This document shows positions 21,899 through 33,252 of a stretch of 38,718 nt of DNA, one piece after another (position 1 is the stretch's first letter; every line of letters starts with the position of its first letter). Both the position numbers and the translations under genes were made by a program. This stretch comes from Octopus bimaculoides. Taxonomy: Eukaryota. The notes beneath the pieces were generated by a model. It saw only the letters and a list, made by a program, of their open reading frames with translations. It did no database searches and was not told the DNA's origin. The stretch spans positions 24,724,169 through 24,762,886 of the forward strand of contig NC_069003.1 of NCBI RefSeq assembly GCF_001194135.2. Direction: 5' to 3'.

Positions 21899-22279
21899 GT
21901 TTTCAGGCATTGGGTGCATATGGGGCTATATCATCTTTTTCCCTTCATGTAATTTGAGGAAAAGACAGCTGCTACTTCCAGCATTCTGAGTGACCACAAA
22001 GACTATGTTTACAGTTGTGAATTTATAAACAACCATGAAAGCAGCAGCAGCAAGCTAATAAGGAAGCCTCTAGGAGGTTGCTCAACCTTCTAGGACTGGC
22101 AGCCAAACATCACCCTCAAATTCCCCTATTGTCTTTAAAAAAAGAATGGGAGAATGCATTGGATAATACAATCTTTGATACATTGCATCTAAAAAAAAAA
22201 GGGGACTAAAAGACAAGATGGTCATGGCTGGAATGTCATTACTTTCAGGTCTGCTGTATAGGGGTTGAGTTAGGTTTAA

Positions 22280-22992
22280 CCCTCAAGCATTTAATCTGGT
22301 CATATCAGGCCCAAATATTCTATCTGCTTTATGTTAAAACTGACAGGATCCAGTCTCTCACACTCACTCTATAATGTCATTCTCAAAATAAACAATCACG
22401 CCATTGAAATCTCAAAGCTATGAGATAATGCATGATTAATTTTAAAAAAGTGTGAATAAATAAGCATTATATTTGACATGGCTCAGTGGTTAAAGCATTG
22501 GGCTCACAATCATGAGGTAGTGAGTTTGATTCCTGGACTGGGCTGTGTGTTGTGTTCTTGAGCAAGACACTTTAACGTTGTTCCAGTTCCCTCAGCTGTA
22601 GAAATGAGTTGTGACATCATTGGTGCCAAGTTGTATCGGCCTCTGCCATTCCCTGGGATAACATCGGTGGAATGGAGAAGGGGAGGCTGGTATGCATGGG
22701 TGACTGCTCAGCTTCCATAAACAAATTTGCCAGGACTTGTGCCTCGGAGGGTAACTCTCTAGGTGCAATGCCAAGGTCATTTATAACCGAAGGGGGTCTT
22801 TACCCCTTACCCTATGCACATATAATGGCATGGAGAGAAGAGGCTGGTATGCATGCGTGACTGCTGGTCTCATATAAACCTTGCCTGGAGTTGTACCTTG
22901 GAGGGTAACTTTCTAGGTGCAATGCCATGGTCATTCATGACCGAAAGGGGTCTTTACTTAATATTTGACAAAGAAATCAGAATTTTGAAGGG
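22280..22992 (+). mobile_element. piggyBac-type MITE interrupted by a SINE C insertion
   Basis: TTAA|CCCTCAAGCATT at 22276 and TTTTGAAGGG|TTAA ending 22996. With the insert removed, the interior aligns to 31206-31415. Confidence 0.85.
22479..22960 (+). mobile_element. SINE family C with duplicated 3' tail module and 10-bp TSD
   Basis: Head TGGCTCAGTGG...GAGTTTGATTCC. TSD ATATTTGACA at 22469-22478 and 22961-22970. Tail GGGTCTTTAC occurs twice. Confidence 0.92.
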
Positions 22993-23368
22993 TTAAAGAT
23001 TGTTAAATATTAATGGAAAATATTGTTTATTTATTAGTAACCTGCCATCTTGAAAGAAGCTTGCCTGAGCAGAAATAAAAATAAACTAAAATGCAAGCAA
23101 ATTGGTTTAAAGCAGGCTTAAATTCATTGAAATTCTAAAATCTACAGACAGAAATGCCAAAGACAGCAGTTTATGAAGTATTTATAGCAGAAGGCAGCAG
23201 CTGCAGAAACTGGTAAGGATCCAACCATTTCCATTGTTATTATAATAGCATGAAATTATATCCCCACCCCATAAAGTATACAAAACCACATATAAGTGAC
23301 CAAATGGTTACATCATTAAATTATTATCTCAAAATATTTTTTTTTAGCTGTCACCATGTTTCAATTAA

Positions 23369-23971
23369 CCCTGTAGTGTTCAAGATTACTCTGTCACATT
23401 ATTATGAATTAATCATGCATTATCTCATAGCTTTGAGATTTCAATGATGTGATTATTTGTCACCTGTTTCTGCCCCTCTGTTTCTCTGGCGCACCCTAAC
23501 CTTTCATCATCTGACACAATATCCCCTCCTCCAATGCTACCGCCCCTCTCAAAATTCCTTGTCTTGCAAATTACTTGGTGACCCTGCTGGTGATGGTGCC
23601 ACGTAAAAAGCATCCAGTCCACACTGTAAAGTGGTTGGCATTTAGAAGGGCATCCAGCTGTAAAAACCTTGCCAAAACTGACCTCATCTGTGCTCGTGTC
23701 ACGTAAAAATCACTCAGCCCACTCTGCCGAGTGGATGAAGTTGGAAAGAGTATCCAACAGTAAAAACACTGCCAAAACAGAAACAGAAGCCTAGGGTAGT
23801 CTTCTACCTGGCTGGCTCCTGTCAAACTGCCCAACCCATGCCTACATGGAAGGTGGATGTTAAACAATGAAGATGATTGTATGGTAGGTGTGAGAGGCTG
23901 GATCTGGCTGGTTTGAATACAAAACAGGTTGAATATTTGGGCTGGACTTGGTTGGTTCGAATGCCAAAGAG
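23369..23971 (-). mobile_element. piggyBac-type MITE interrupted by a family D copy
   Basis: TTAA|CCCTGTAGTGTT at 23365 and AATGCCAAAGAG|TTAA at 23972-23975. Halves are collinear with 16616-16836. Confidence 0.75.
23455..23878 (+). mobile_element. Family D retroposon variant with duplicated core
   Basis: GGTGCCACGTAAAAAGCATCC...GAAGGGCATCCAGCTGTAAAAAC occurs twice (second copy degenerate). Ends CATGGAAGGTGGATGTTAAACAATGAAGATGAT. Confidence 0.7.
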
Positions 23972-23987
23972 TTAATTTTCCAATATG

Positions 23988-24802
23988 TATCTCTTCATCG
24001 TGGTGGACTATGTGATGAGATGCACCCTATAAGGTCACAGACATCTTGGTTTCACTCTGCAAAAAGCAACTGCCAGAAATCAAAAGAGACCAAAGAATTG
24101 AATCACTGACACATACTACGCAGATAGTTTATGCCTGCTGTCTGTCTCCATATTTGATGCCCAGGCATTCCTGGCACCACTTGAATGAGCAGCCCAGGAT
24201 GTGGGGACTACACATGAAAGCCAACAAGACTGAGGTGATGATGTTCAATGTCTCTGGAATTCTCAAATCACTCACTGGAGAAGACACAAGACAAAGTCAA
24301 AGACTTCAAATATCTTGGTGCATGGTTACCGTCATCAGAGAGAGAACTGGAGACAAGAAAGGCTCAAGCCTGGAATGCCGTCAGCAAACTAGACAGGATT
24401 TGGCAGTCATTACTATTTTGCTACTTTATGGGTCCAAAACTTGGACCCAGACAAAAACGTTGCAAGAATGACTTGATGGATGGTACACCCGCTTACTCCA
24501 ACACACACTGAATACCAAATGGGAACAGAGGGTGACCAATAAAGACCTCTACAAGAACCTTTTCCTGATATCAGAGGTGGTCAGAGCTAGGAGACTCTTT
24601 GTTTGCTGGGCACTGTTACTGTGTCAGGAGTGAATGCAATCAGGAATATGTTACTCTGGGAACCAATGCATGATGTATGTTGAGAGATTAGTGATCGACC
24701 GACAGCGGCCTATCAGTTCCTGAATTGAAGTCAACAATGAAGGACAGGAACTTTTGAAGGAATGTCTGTGCAGATTGCAGAAACTCTATCTGAGAAAGAA
24801 GA
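23988..24802 (+). pseudogene. Decayed non-LTR (RTE-like) reverse transcriptase, C-terminal part
   Basis: Across frameshifts: YLFIVVDYVMR, LGFTLQ, ITDTYYADSLCLLS (decayed YADD at 24117), ANKTEVMMFN, DFKYLGAW, RKAQAWNAVSKLDRIW, LLYGSKTWT, FAGHC, PELKSTMKDR. Clade call is by motif recall. Confidence 0.88.
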
Positions 24803-25024
24803 TTCACTGTACTGTGTCCTATAACAACGTAAGTAACCTGACTCTCATACGCCAAGCTGTAGCTCCTCTGATGAGGTCTAATAGATTGAAACACGTCCAT
24901 AGTTGTCCCTTGCTTGCAAACAAAAGTAAGACTTTGCCTTCAAACATTTAAATCCGAAAGATAAATTCTTAGCTTTCGAAATTCTTTCCTGCTTTCAGGG
25001 CCACTAAGTCTTTGTTTTCTTTCT

Positions 25025-25310
25025 TCAGTGCATCGCCTCCACCACCCTTAATTTACACATCTGACTGACAATTATTCCAACGATCTCTCGAGTAGTTAGA
25101 AATAACAGCCAAAATTTACTCGAATTACAATCTGCAGTTAAAAATGTAGGACACTGTGGGCGAGATATAGTCCTAGATACAACAATATCTGAATAAATAA
25201 ACAAAAGAAAGAAAAAAGGGATGGTCAGGGTTAGAACGCTTATCATAGGCCTGCATGCCTGCTCGATAAGAGATGACCTGAGTGGGGAGAAAAAACAACA
25301 GGCAGTGTTT
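25025..25310 (-). repeat. Unclassified dispersed repeat family E
   Basis: Reverse complement carries the family E segments (CAGGTC...CGAGCAGGC...CCTATGATAAG...TGACCATCCC...GGCTGTTATTTCTAAC). Confidence 0.5.
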
Positions 25311-25606
25311 AAAATTGAAAAGATTCCAAGAATTAATGCTGAGAATACATTAGAAGCAGAGGCTTCCGAAGCTAAGAAAGATTACAAGTAGTAGTAGTAG
25401 TAGTATACTACACAGTCGTATATAATAATGAATATTTACGAAGGAATGGGAATAAGAATTGCTAAGCTAACACACACAAAAGTACATACGTAGAGGCAGG
25501 CACTCATACCACACACGTAAATATTTATCTATAATAATGTACAGGCATATGTACGGCAGATATATTTAATTATATATATGTTTAATTACACGTATATATA
25601 GTTAAT

Positions 25607-25645
<39 letters not shown>

Positions 25646-26024
25646 NNNNNNNNNNTAGATAGATAATACCTGTGTGTGTGTGTCTTTCTGAAATTGTGTC
25701 CAATTCAAAGGATCCGCAATTTATTTTCAATGTTTACAACAGATATGTTGAAGAGAAATTTGAGCTTCTTTAAATAATATTCACAAATAAACATTTGCAA
25801 CAGAAGTAAAGTGAACCCCGACTAGATAACTGCATGCTATTTAAGATACGTGAATTTTTCCTTGTCAATCTAATTGAGTAGACCTATAAGGAAAGGTGTT
25901 TCGGCCGTGACCATCATGTCTCAAGAACTGAATTGTATAATGTGTCACATTTTTACCCCTTTTTTTTCTTGAAAATAAAAACAAAACCCACAGATGTTTG
26001 TAGCAGGTTGAAAGACATTTAGTG

Positions 26025-26110
26025 TAGTGGTGCTCAAACCGTTTTTCGTCAGTGGACCCGTTTGATTCCTATTTTACATGGATGGACCCTCAGAGCCATT
26101 TAATGTTTAA
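26025..26110 (+). mobile_element. Possible hAT-type DNA element end; related fragment at ~6680-6755 (-)
   Basis: TAGTGGTGCTCAAACC resembles CAGTGGTTCTCAAC hAT ends. TGGACCC...GAGCCATTTAATGTTTAAA is shared with the reverse complement near 6690-6750. Confidence 0.35.
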
Positions 26111-26113
26111 ATT

Positions 26114-26285
26114 AGGAGTGGCTGTATGGTAAGTAGCTTGCTTACCAACCACATGGTCCCGGGTTCATTCCCACTGCGTGGCACCTTGGGTATGTGTCTT
26201 CTACTTGGGCAAGTGTCTTCGGGCCGACCAAAGCCTTGTGAGTGGATTTGGTAGACGGAAACTGAAAGAAGCCCGTCGTATATAT
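26114..26285 (+). mobile_element. SINE family B head and core with a small internal duplication
   Basis: AGGAGTGGCTGTATGGTAAG...GGGTTCATTCCC; TTGGG..AGTGTCTT(C) appears twice. Confidence 0.88.
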
Positions 26286-27080
26286 GTATATGTATATAAA
26301 ATATATATATAGTTTTAGGGAAAAGAACCAAGTTTCAAGAACTCATCGATAAAAATCCACTATCACATATAGNNNNNNNNNNNNNNNNNNNNNNNNNNNN
26401 NNNNNNNNNNNNNNNNNNNNNNNNNNNNNNNNNNNNNNNNNNNNNNNNNNNNNNNNNNNNNNNNNNNNNNNNNNNNNNNNNNNNNNNNNNNNNNNNNNNN
26501 NNNNNNNNNNNNNNNNNNNNNNNNNNNNNNNNNNNNNNNNNNNNNNNNNNNNNNNNNNNNNNNNNNNNNNNNNNNNNNNNNNNNNNNNNNNNNNNNNNNN
26601 NNNNNNNNNNNNNNNNNNNNNNNNNNNNNNNNNNNNNNNNNNNNNNNNNNNNNNNNNNNNNNNNNNNNNNNNNNNNNNNNNNNNNNNNNNNNNNNNNNNN
26701 NNNNNNNNNNNNNNNNNNNNNNNNNNNNNNNNNNNNNNNNNNNNNNNNNNNNNNNNNNNNNNNNACAGAAGAATACCAAACACCAAGTGTTCGCCTGTTC
26801 TATCACGATGAACTTTGCGCGGAGGGAGGTTAAACAATACAAGTGACCGCTAAGGAATGGAACTGTAAACACTTAAACATCATTTAAAAATAAATAAAAT
26901 TATTATTATTATTATTATTTACTTAAAAAATCCAATTTAGCTTCACGTTTATCGCCACAACGGGATTATTTAAGTGAACGGTATTGGCATTCATCAAAGG
27001 TCATTTCCTGTTTTGAAATATCAGCGAAGGCTGGATAATTCTGGAAGAGGGCCTAATGCACGATAAACTGTGAACATACC

Positions 27081-27291
27081 GGTACTACTAAAGCAGCATG
27101 GTCCCGAACGCGCAGTCGCGCGTCCGCGCTAGCTAGTCTTGAGTGGTCGATCCTAACCCTAACCCAAACCCTGTCCCTAACCCTATCCCTAACCCGCGTG
27201 TGCAAATGAATACGTGTTTAGGGTTAGGATCGACCATTCACGACTAGCTAGCGCGACTGCGCGTTCGGGACCGTGTTGCTTTAGTAGTACC
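27081..27291. mobile_element. Young Mutator(MULE)-like MITE, 211 bp, long TIRs ending in telomere-like repeats
   Basis: Perfect 9-bp TSD GAACATACC at 27072-27080 and 27292-27300. TIRs 27081-27162 and 27218-27291 are 70/74 identical apart from an 8-bp insertion in the left arm. Confidence 0.9.
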
Positions 27292-27598
27292 GAACATACC
27301 ATTATATATATATATCTATATATATATATATATATATATATATGCGAAACATAAATACACAAAGAAAAAGTTGAAAGTGACTTCGAAGTTCCGCCGATGG
27401 TCGACTTCGTCAGACTGGCAAAGTTGATAAGCGAAACTTTGAAGTCACTATCAACTTTATTATTTTTTTATCTTTGTAAAAATAGATTTTATACTCTATA
27501 CGTTGAGGGTGCCTTTTTTAAAAGGCCTGAATGCTTTTATGCGCAAGAATACCGAATATACATAATACACACACACGTATATACAAACATGTATAGCG

Positions 27599-27641
<43 letters not shown>

Positions 27642-28313
27642 TATATATTCACAGTGTATATAGATAAATACGAAAACCATATCATTCATATATAAGTGTG
27701 TGTAATATACACTTACATATGCAAGCATAACGTGTGTGAATATGAATGTATTCGCACATCCAGACACTCATGATTACATAAAAACACACATACATACATA
27801 CATACATACACGTGGGAATATTCATTCAATGTGAATGAGAAGAAGAAAAAAAAACAGCAAAGAAGAGAGAGAGAGAGAAAAGGAGAAGAAGACAGCATCC
27901 CTGCTTCCTTGTTTTTAACGAAACACCAAAAGACGATGTTTAAATAATATGAAATAAATACCTCTAGACAAAATAAAATGACGTGGCGACTACGTTAGTT
28001 AGAGGTTTCTTCAGTCGACACGATAGGAAGTGCTGAGGGTTTCTTTGACATTTATCTCTCTTTCTTTCTGCTTTCCTCTCTTTATCTCACTCACTCTCCC
28101 ACCTTTTTTCTCGTATCATTTTCTTTTTTCGTTCCCTTTCATTTTTCTTTCGACATAAATTTTTATTTAGTCCACGCACTAACAACTAATACGATAGAAT
28201 TAATTGCTTAACGTTTTCTGTCTTTGGTACATCAAAGGATGATCAGTCCTAATGAAAGACAAAGAGAGAAATAAAGAATGAAAGAAGAAGAAAGAGATAG
28301 TAATATAAGAACC

Positions 28314-28700
28314 TGCCTCCTTCATGCCTTTCCCAAAAGTATTAGCATAGAAGATGTGGAACAACTCCAAGCTGGAAACGAATCTAGAGCGCTTCTCTTT
28401 TTTCTATGTAACAACACGTTTAAAAAGGCGAATCCATGAAGACGACACGAAACTGTGTCCAGCTAGCAGACAGTTTTTCTATTTCTTGCCTCCTTCATGC
28501 CTTTCCCAAAAGTACTAGCATAGAAGATGTGGAACAACTCCAAGTTGGAAACGAATCTCGAGCGCTTCTCTTTTTTCTATATAACACGTTTAAAAAGGCG
28601 AATCCATGAAGACGACACGAAACTGTGTCCAGCTAGCAGACACTGTTTTTCTATTTCTTGCCTCCTTCATGCCTTTCCCAAAAGTACTAGCATAGAAGAT
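28314..28700. repeat. Tandem repeat with 172-173 bp unit; at least 2.2 copies, running into an 835-N gap
   Basis: TGCCTCCTTCATGCCTTTCCCAAAAG starts at 28314, 28487 and 28659. Units are ~95% identical by eye. Confidence 0.92.
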
Positions 28701-29535
28701 NNNNNNNNNNNNNNNNNNNNNNNNNNNNNNNNNNNNNNNNNNNNNNNNNNNNNNNNNNNNNNNNNNNNNNNNNNNNNNNNNNNNNNNNNNNNNNNNNNNN
28801 NNNNNNNNNNNNNNNNNNNNNNNNNNNNNNNNNNNNNNNNNNNNNNNNNNNNNNNNNNNNNNNNNNNNNNNNNNNNNNNNNNNNNNNNNNNNNNNNNNNN
28901 NNNNNNNNNNNNNNNNNNNNNNNNNNNNNNNNNNNNNNNNNNNNNNNNNNNNNNNNNNNNNNNNNNNNNNNNNNNNNNNNNNNNNNNNNNNNNNNNNNNN
29001 NNNNNNNNNNNNNNNNNNNNNNNNNNNNNNNNNNNNNNNNNNNNNNNNNNNNNNNNNNNNNNNNNNNNNNNNNNNNNNNNNNNNNNNNNNNNNNNNNNNN
29101 NNNNNNNNNNNNNNNNNNNNNNNNNNNNNNNNNNNNNNNNNNNNNNNNNNNNNNNNNNNNNNNNNNNNNNNNNNNNNNNNNNNNNNNNNNNNNNNNNNNN
29201 NNNNNNNNNNNNNNNNNNNNNNNNNNNNNNNNNNNNNNNNNNNNNNNNNNNNNNNNNNNNNNNNNNNNNNNNNNNNNNNNNNNNNNNNNNNNNNNNNNNN
29301 NNNNNNNNNNNNNNNNNNNNNNNNNNNNNNNNNNNNNNNNNNNNNNNNNNNNNNNNNNNNNNNNNNNNNNNNNNNNNNNNNNNNNNNNNNNNNNNNNNNN
29401 NNNNNNNNNNNNNNNNNNNNNNNNNNNNNNNNNNNNNNNNNNNNNNNNNNNNNNNNNNNNNNNNNNNNNNNNNNNNNNNNNNNNNNNNNNNNNNNNNNNN
29501 NNNNNNNNNNNNNNNNNNNNNNNNNNNNNNNNNNN

Positions 29536-29687
29536 AAGTGTTCAACTGGTACATATCTTATTGACCCCATCAGAATGAAAGGCAAAGTCAACCTTGGTGG
29601 AATTTGAAACCAGAACATAAAGAGTCAGAAAAAATGCCACTAAGCATTTCGTTTGGTACATTAATGATTCTGTTGCCTCACCATCTT
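29536..29687 (-). mobile_element. SINE family A fragment, diverged
   Basis: GTGTTCAACTGGTAC...ATGAAAGGCAAAGTCAACC...TAAGCATTTCG. Confidence 0.75.
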
Positions 29688-29716
29688 CTAATAATAATAA
29701 TAAAAATAATAAAACA

Positions 29717-30041
29717 GTAAAAGCCCCCTTTGATTATCAATGGCCATGAGATTTTGCCTAGAAAGTTACCCTCAGGGCAAGGTTGTTTATGGAAGATCAG
29801 CAGTCGCCCATGCATACCAGCCTCCCCTCTCCATGCCACTGATGTTGTCTAAGGAAAAGACAATGGCCAATACAGCTTAGCACCAGTGATGTCACAACTC
29901 ATTTCTACAGCTGGGTGAACTGGAGCAATATGAAATAAAGTGTCTTGCCCAAGAAAACAACACACAGCCCGCTCCGCGAATTGAACTCACTACCTCATGA
30001 CTGTGAGCCCGACACGCTAACCACTGAGCCATGTACCTTCA
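29717..30041 (-). mobile_element. SINE family C, full length with single tail
   Basis: Reverse complement begins TGAAGGTACATGGCTCAGTGGTTAGCG...GAGTTCAATTC; body matches 470-755. Confidence 0.9.
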
Positions 30042-30049
30042 ATAGTAAC

Positions 30050-30504
30050 AATCCTTTCTACTAAAGGCACAAGGCCTGAAGTTTGGGGGAGGGGACTAGT
30101 CGATTACATCAACCCCAGTGTTTCACTGGTACTTAATTTATCAACCCCAAAAGGATGAAAGCAAAGTCGACCTCAGCAGAATTTGAACTCAGAATGTAAA
30201 GACAGACAAAATACTGCTAAGCATTTCGCCCGGCATGTTAATTCTGCCAGCTCACCACCTTAATAATGAAAATAATAATAATAATAATAATGATTTCAAA
30301 TTTTGCAACAAAGGCAGCCATTTTGGAGGGAGGGGACTAGTCAATTACATCGACCCCAGTGTTTCACTGGTACTTAATTTATTGACCCTGAAAGGACGAA
30401 AGGCAAAGTCGACCTCGGCAATATTTGAACTCAGAACATAGTGACAGACGAAATGCCGCCAAGCATTTTGTCTGCCATGCTAACGATTCTGTCAGCTCGC
30501 CACC
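30050..30504 (-). mobile_element. Two head-to-tail SINE A copies (30050-30259, tail variant 1; 30290-30504, tail variant 2) separated by (AAT)n
   Basis: Both contain CCCCAGTGTTTCACTGGTACTTAATTTAT and ATTCTG(C/T)CAGCTC. Tails are AATCCTTTCTACTAAAGGCACAAGG versus TGATTTCAAATTTTGC. Confidence 0.88.
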
Positions 30505-30662
30505 TCAAGGATAATATTTTCTTTTATTTACTACAAAGCTGATGGACTAAGCAGATACTGCAAGGAAGAATTATGCAGAATCAATTATTAAAAAAATGTG
30601 TGAAGGACACAAACATGTAGCCCTGTTGTATACATAAAAACATGCACACACATGTATATCGG

Positions 30663-30876
30663 TTTCAAATATTAGCACAAAGCCAGCAGTTTTGGGGGAG
30701 GGGCTAATTCAATTAAATCAACCCCAGTGTTCAACTGGTACTTCTTTCTTCCTATCAACCTCAAAAAGGAGGAAAGGCAAAGTTGACCATGGCAGCGTTT
30801 GAACCTAGAACATAAAGACAGATGAAATGCTGCTAAGCATTTTGTCCAGCATGCTAACCATTCTGCCAGTTCACTA
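30663..30876 (-). mobile_element. SINE family A, tail variant 2
   Basis: TTTCAAATATTAGCACAAAGCCAGCAG...CCCCAGTGTTCAACTGGTAC...ATTCTGCCAGTTCAC. Confidence 0.8.
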
Positions 30877-31205
30877 TCTTGCACACATACATACATACAT
30901 ATATACATAAAGTGGGTAAAGCATATCATGTTATTCACTCGAATATCACTACCTGGCCTGTGGGTGCATTTTGCAGAGTTTTTGTTGGATTATGCATCTG
31001 GCAGGGGCTTACCATGATCTCAAATCTGTCACCCACTACACTTACCTGGATGCCAAATAAACTAAATCTACCTGACAATTCTTCTTTATCTTTCCTGTGG
31101 ACTCCTATGCAATGTAGACCCCAAACATCACCTCTTGCTAAAACTTGTCTTCTCAGAGACACAAATCTTTCAACCCCTTTCTATAGTCTAGGCTACACTC
31201 TTTAA

Positions 31206-31415
31206 CCCTTTAGCATTTAAACCGGCCATATCAAGCCTAAGTATTTTACCTGTTTTATGTTCGAACTGATGAGATGTGGCCTCTCACACCTGCCCTACAA
31301 TGTCATTCTAAAAATAAGCAATCACATCATCGAAATCTTGAAGCTACAAGATTGATTCAAAATAATGTGAATAAATTAACATTACATTTGGCAAAGTAAT
31401 CAGAATGCTAAAGGG
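31206..31415 (+). mobile_element. piggyBac-type MITE, intact (210 bp)
   Basis: Perfect 12-bp TIR CCCTTTAGCATT / AATGCTAAAGGG; flanks TTAA and TTCA. Confidence 0.88.
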
Positions 31416-32029
31416 TTCACCAAACTTTACTTCAAAAGGTGGTGACTGCAGTTATAGGATTCCACTCTCTGCAAAAATATCTCTGAATCATTCTGGATCC
31501 CATAGCAATTCAAGTTAGCTGACTAGTCAAAGCTCAGCCAGATCTATGCTATCCTTAACAGCACATGCGCTTCAATTTTGTCCCACCAGAAACAGCCAGG
31601 TGGGTGAATGAAACCATCCTCTTAGGTATACTCAACCCCATCCCACACACAATAAAAAAAAAAGCATGGCCACATGTCCTTCAAGTGGAACAGGAGTTGC
31701 AATTCTGGATTAAAAAAAAAACAATAAAAATCAAAGCCTACAATGCTTAGAAAAAATCACTAAATGGACAACTCTAAGCAGATCCTTTCTCTTTGGTTAC
31801 CACTTTTCAATTGCTTCAATTTCTGTTCCAATTGATTTCCTATTAGGTGTAATGATGTAGTTTTGTATGCTAATCATTGACTTACCAATGACGGTTTTCT
31901 GAATATTCCCAACAGTTCTATGTGAAACATGTTAAACGTGGGGGTCCACACAAGCAAAATAATAAATTGGGGTTCACCGCTTTAATGATGATGATAATAA
32001 TAATAATGATGGACTCTCCCATTGAAATC

Positions 32030-32216
32030 AACGTATAAGTGTTTGGCTTTTTTACATTAGCTCACTCCCTCCATCAAATCGATGTTGCCTGAACAGGTGC
32101 CTGGTATGCCACATGTCAGGTGTTGAAGTGATTGCAGAGCAATGTAAGATGAAGTGTCTTGCTCAAGAACACAAGACACACCATCTGATGCAACACCCTA
32201 ACCACTAGGCCATGCA
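32030..32216 (-). mobile_element. SINE family C-related variant
   Basis: GATTGCAGAGCAATGT...AAGTGTCTTGCTCAAGAACAC...AACCACTAGGCCATGCA; reverse complement of the 8211-8470 type. Confidence 0.65.
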
Positions 32217-32236
32217 TTATCAATAATAATAATAAT

Positions 32237-32694
32237 AATCCTTTCTATTATAGGCACAAGGCCTGAAATTTTATGGAGAGGGGACTAGTCAATTACATCA
32301 ACCCCAGTGCATAACTGGTACTTATTTCATCGACCCCGAAAGGATGAAAGGCAAAGTCTACCCTGGTGGGATTTGAACTCAGAATGTAAAGATGGATGAA
32401 ATGCAGCTAAGCTTTTTTTGCCCCGCATGCTAACGATTCTGCCAGTTGACCATCTTGAATGATGATAATAATAATAATAATGATGATTTCAAATTTTGCC
32501 ACAGGGGTAGCAATTTTGGGGGAGGGGTTGAGTTGATTACATCAACCCCAGTGTTCAACTGGTCCTTATTTTATCAAGGCTGAAAGGATGAAAGGCAAAG
32601 TTGACCTCAGTGGAATTTGAACTCAGAACAAAGACAGACAAAATGCAGCTAAGCATTCCATCCAGCATGCTAACAATTCTGCCAGCTTGCTACC
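32237..32694 (-). mobile_element. Two head-to-tail SINE A copies (32237-32454, variant 1; 32484-32694, variant 2) separated by (GAT/AAT)n
   Basis: Same motifs and same order as 30050-30504. Confidence 0.88.
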
Positions 32695-32730
32695 TTGAAC
32701 AATAATAACAACAATAATAATAATAATATA

Positions 32731-33252
32731 GCTCTCATGGCTTCTGATCTTAACTGATTGGAAGTGTTATCATGTACATGTTTTGTCTTGCTACAGCAAA
32801 TAATCTACTCAATACCAGATTTGTTTGTCAGTTGCTTGACCTTAAACAGTTGGGGATGTCGCTTAGTGGCTGACCAATATGTGCATCTCTGATCTCAAGC
32901 AGAAGTAGTGGGGGAGCATCATAGCCATGTGGGGATTTGAATAATTCACCTCTAGAAACATGGGTGTTTCATTTATCATCCTTAAACAACCCTCATTCAG
33001 GGCCCTTTTGAGCAGGATGGGCTACTCGACCCGAAGAAAATTCTAACTGGGCCCCACTTTCAAGGTCGTGCACTGTTTATCTTAATATAAGGTTATCATG
33101 TCACGCACATGTGGTTGTGATGCATGTGCCTGGTGTACCCTTATCAGACGGGTGGTCATGCTGGGTATATTGGGCTTCACATATTTGTACCCCAGTGTCA
33201 CTTTGATGGCATGCACTGCTCTCTCAATAATAATAATAATAATAATAATAAT
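32731..33252 (+). repeat. Unclassified retroposon-like segment (family F) ending in (AAT)n
   Basis: GC-richer block ending GCATGCACTGCTCTCTC(AAT)9, sandwiched among other retroposons. Single copy here; recognition as a repeat is from recall only. Confidence 0.45.

Noticed and set aside
27152-27230. Telomeric repeats as a sign of a chromosome end or fusion point
   Set aside because: Only a few degenerate units, enclosed by TIRs and a 9-bp TSD; explained by the MITE.
28540-28556. CENP-B-box-like CCAAGTTGGAAACGAAT in the 172-bp repeat
   Set aside because: Shares GTTGGAAACG with the human box but only 4 of the 9 essential bases; likely coincidence.
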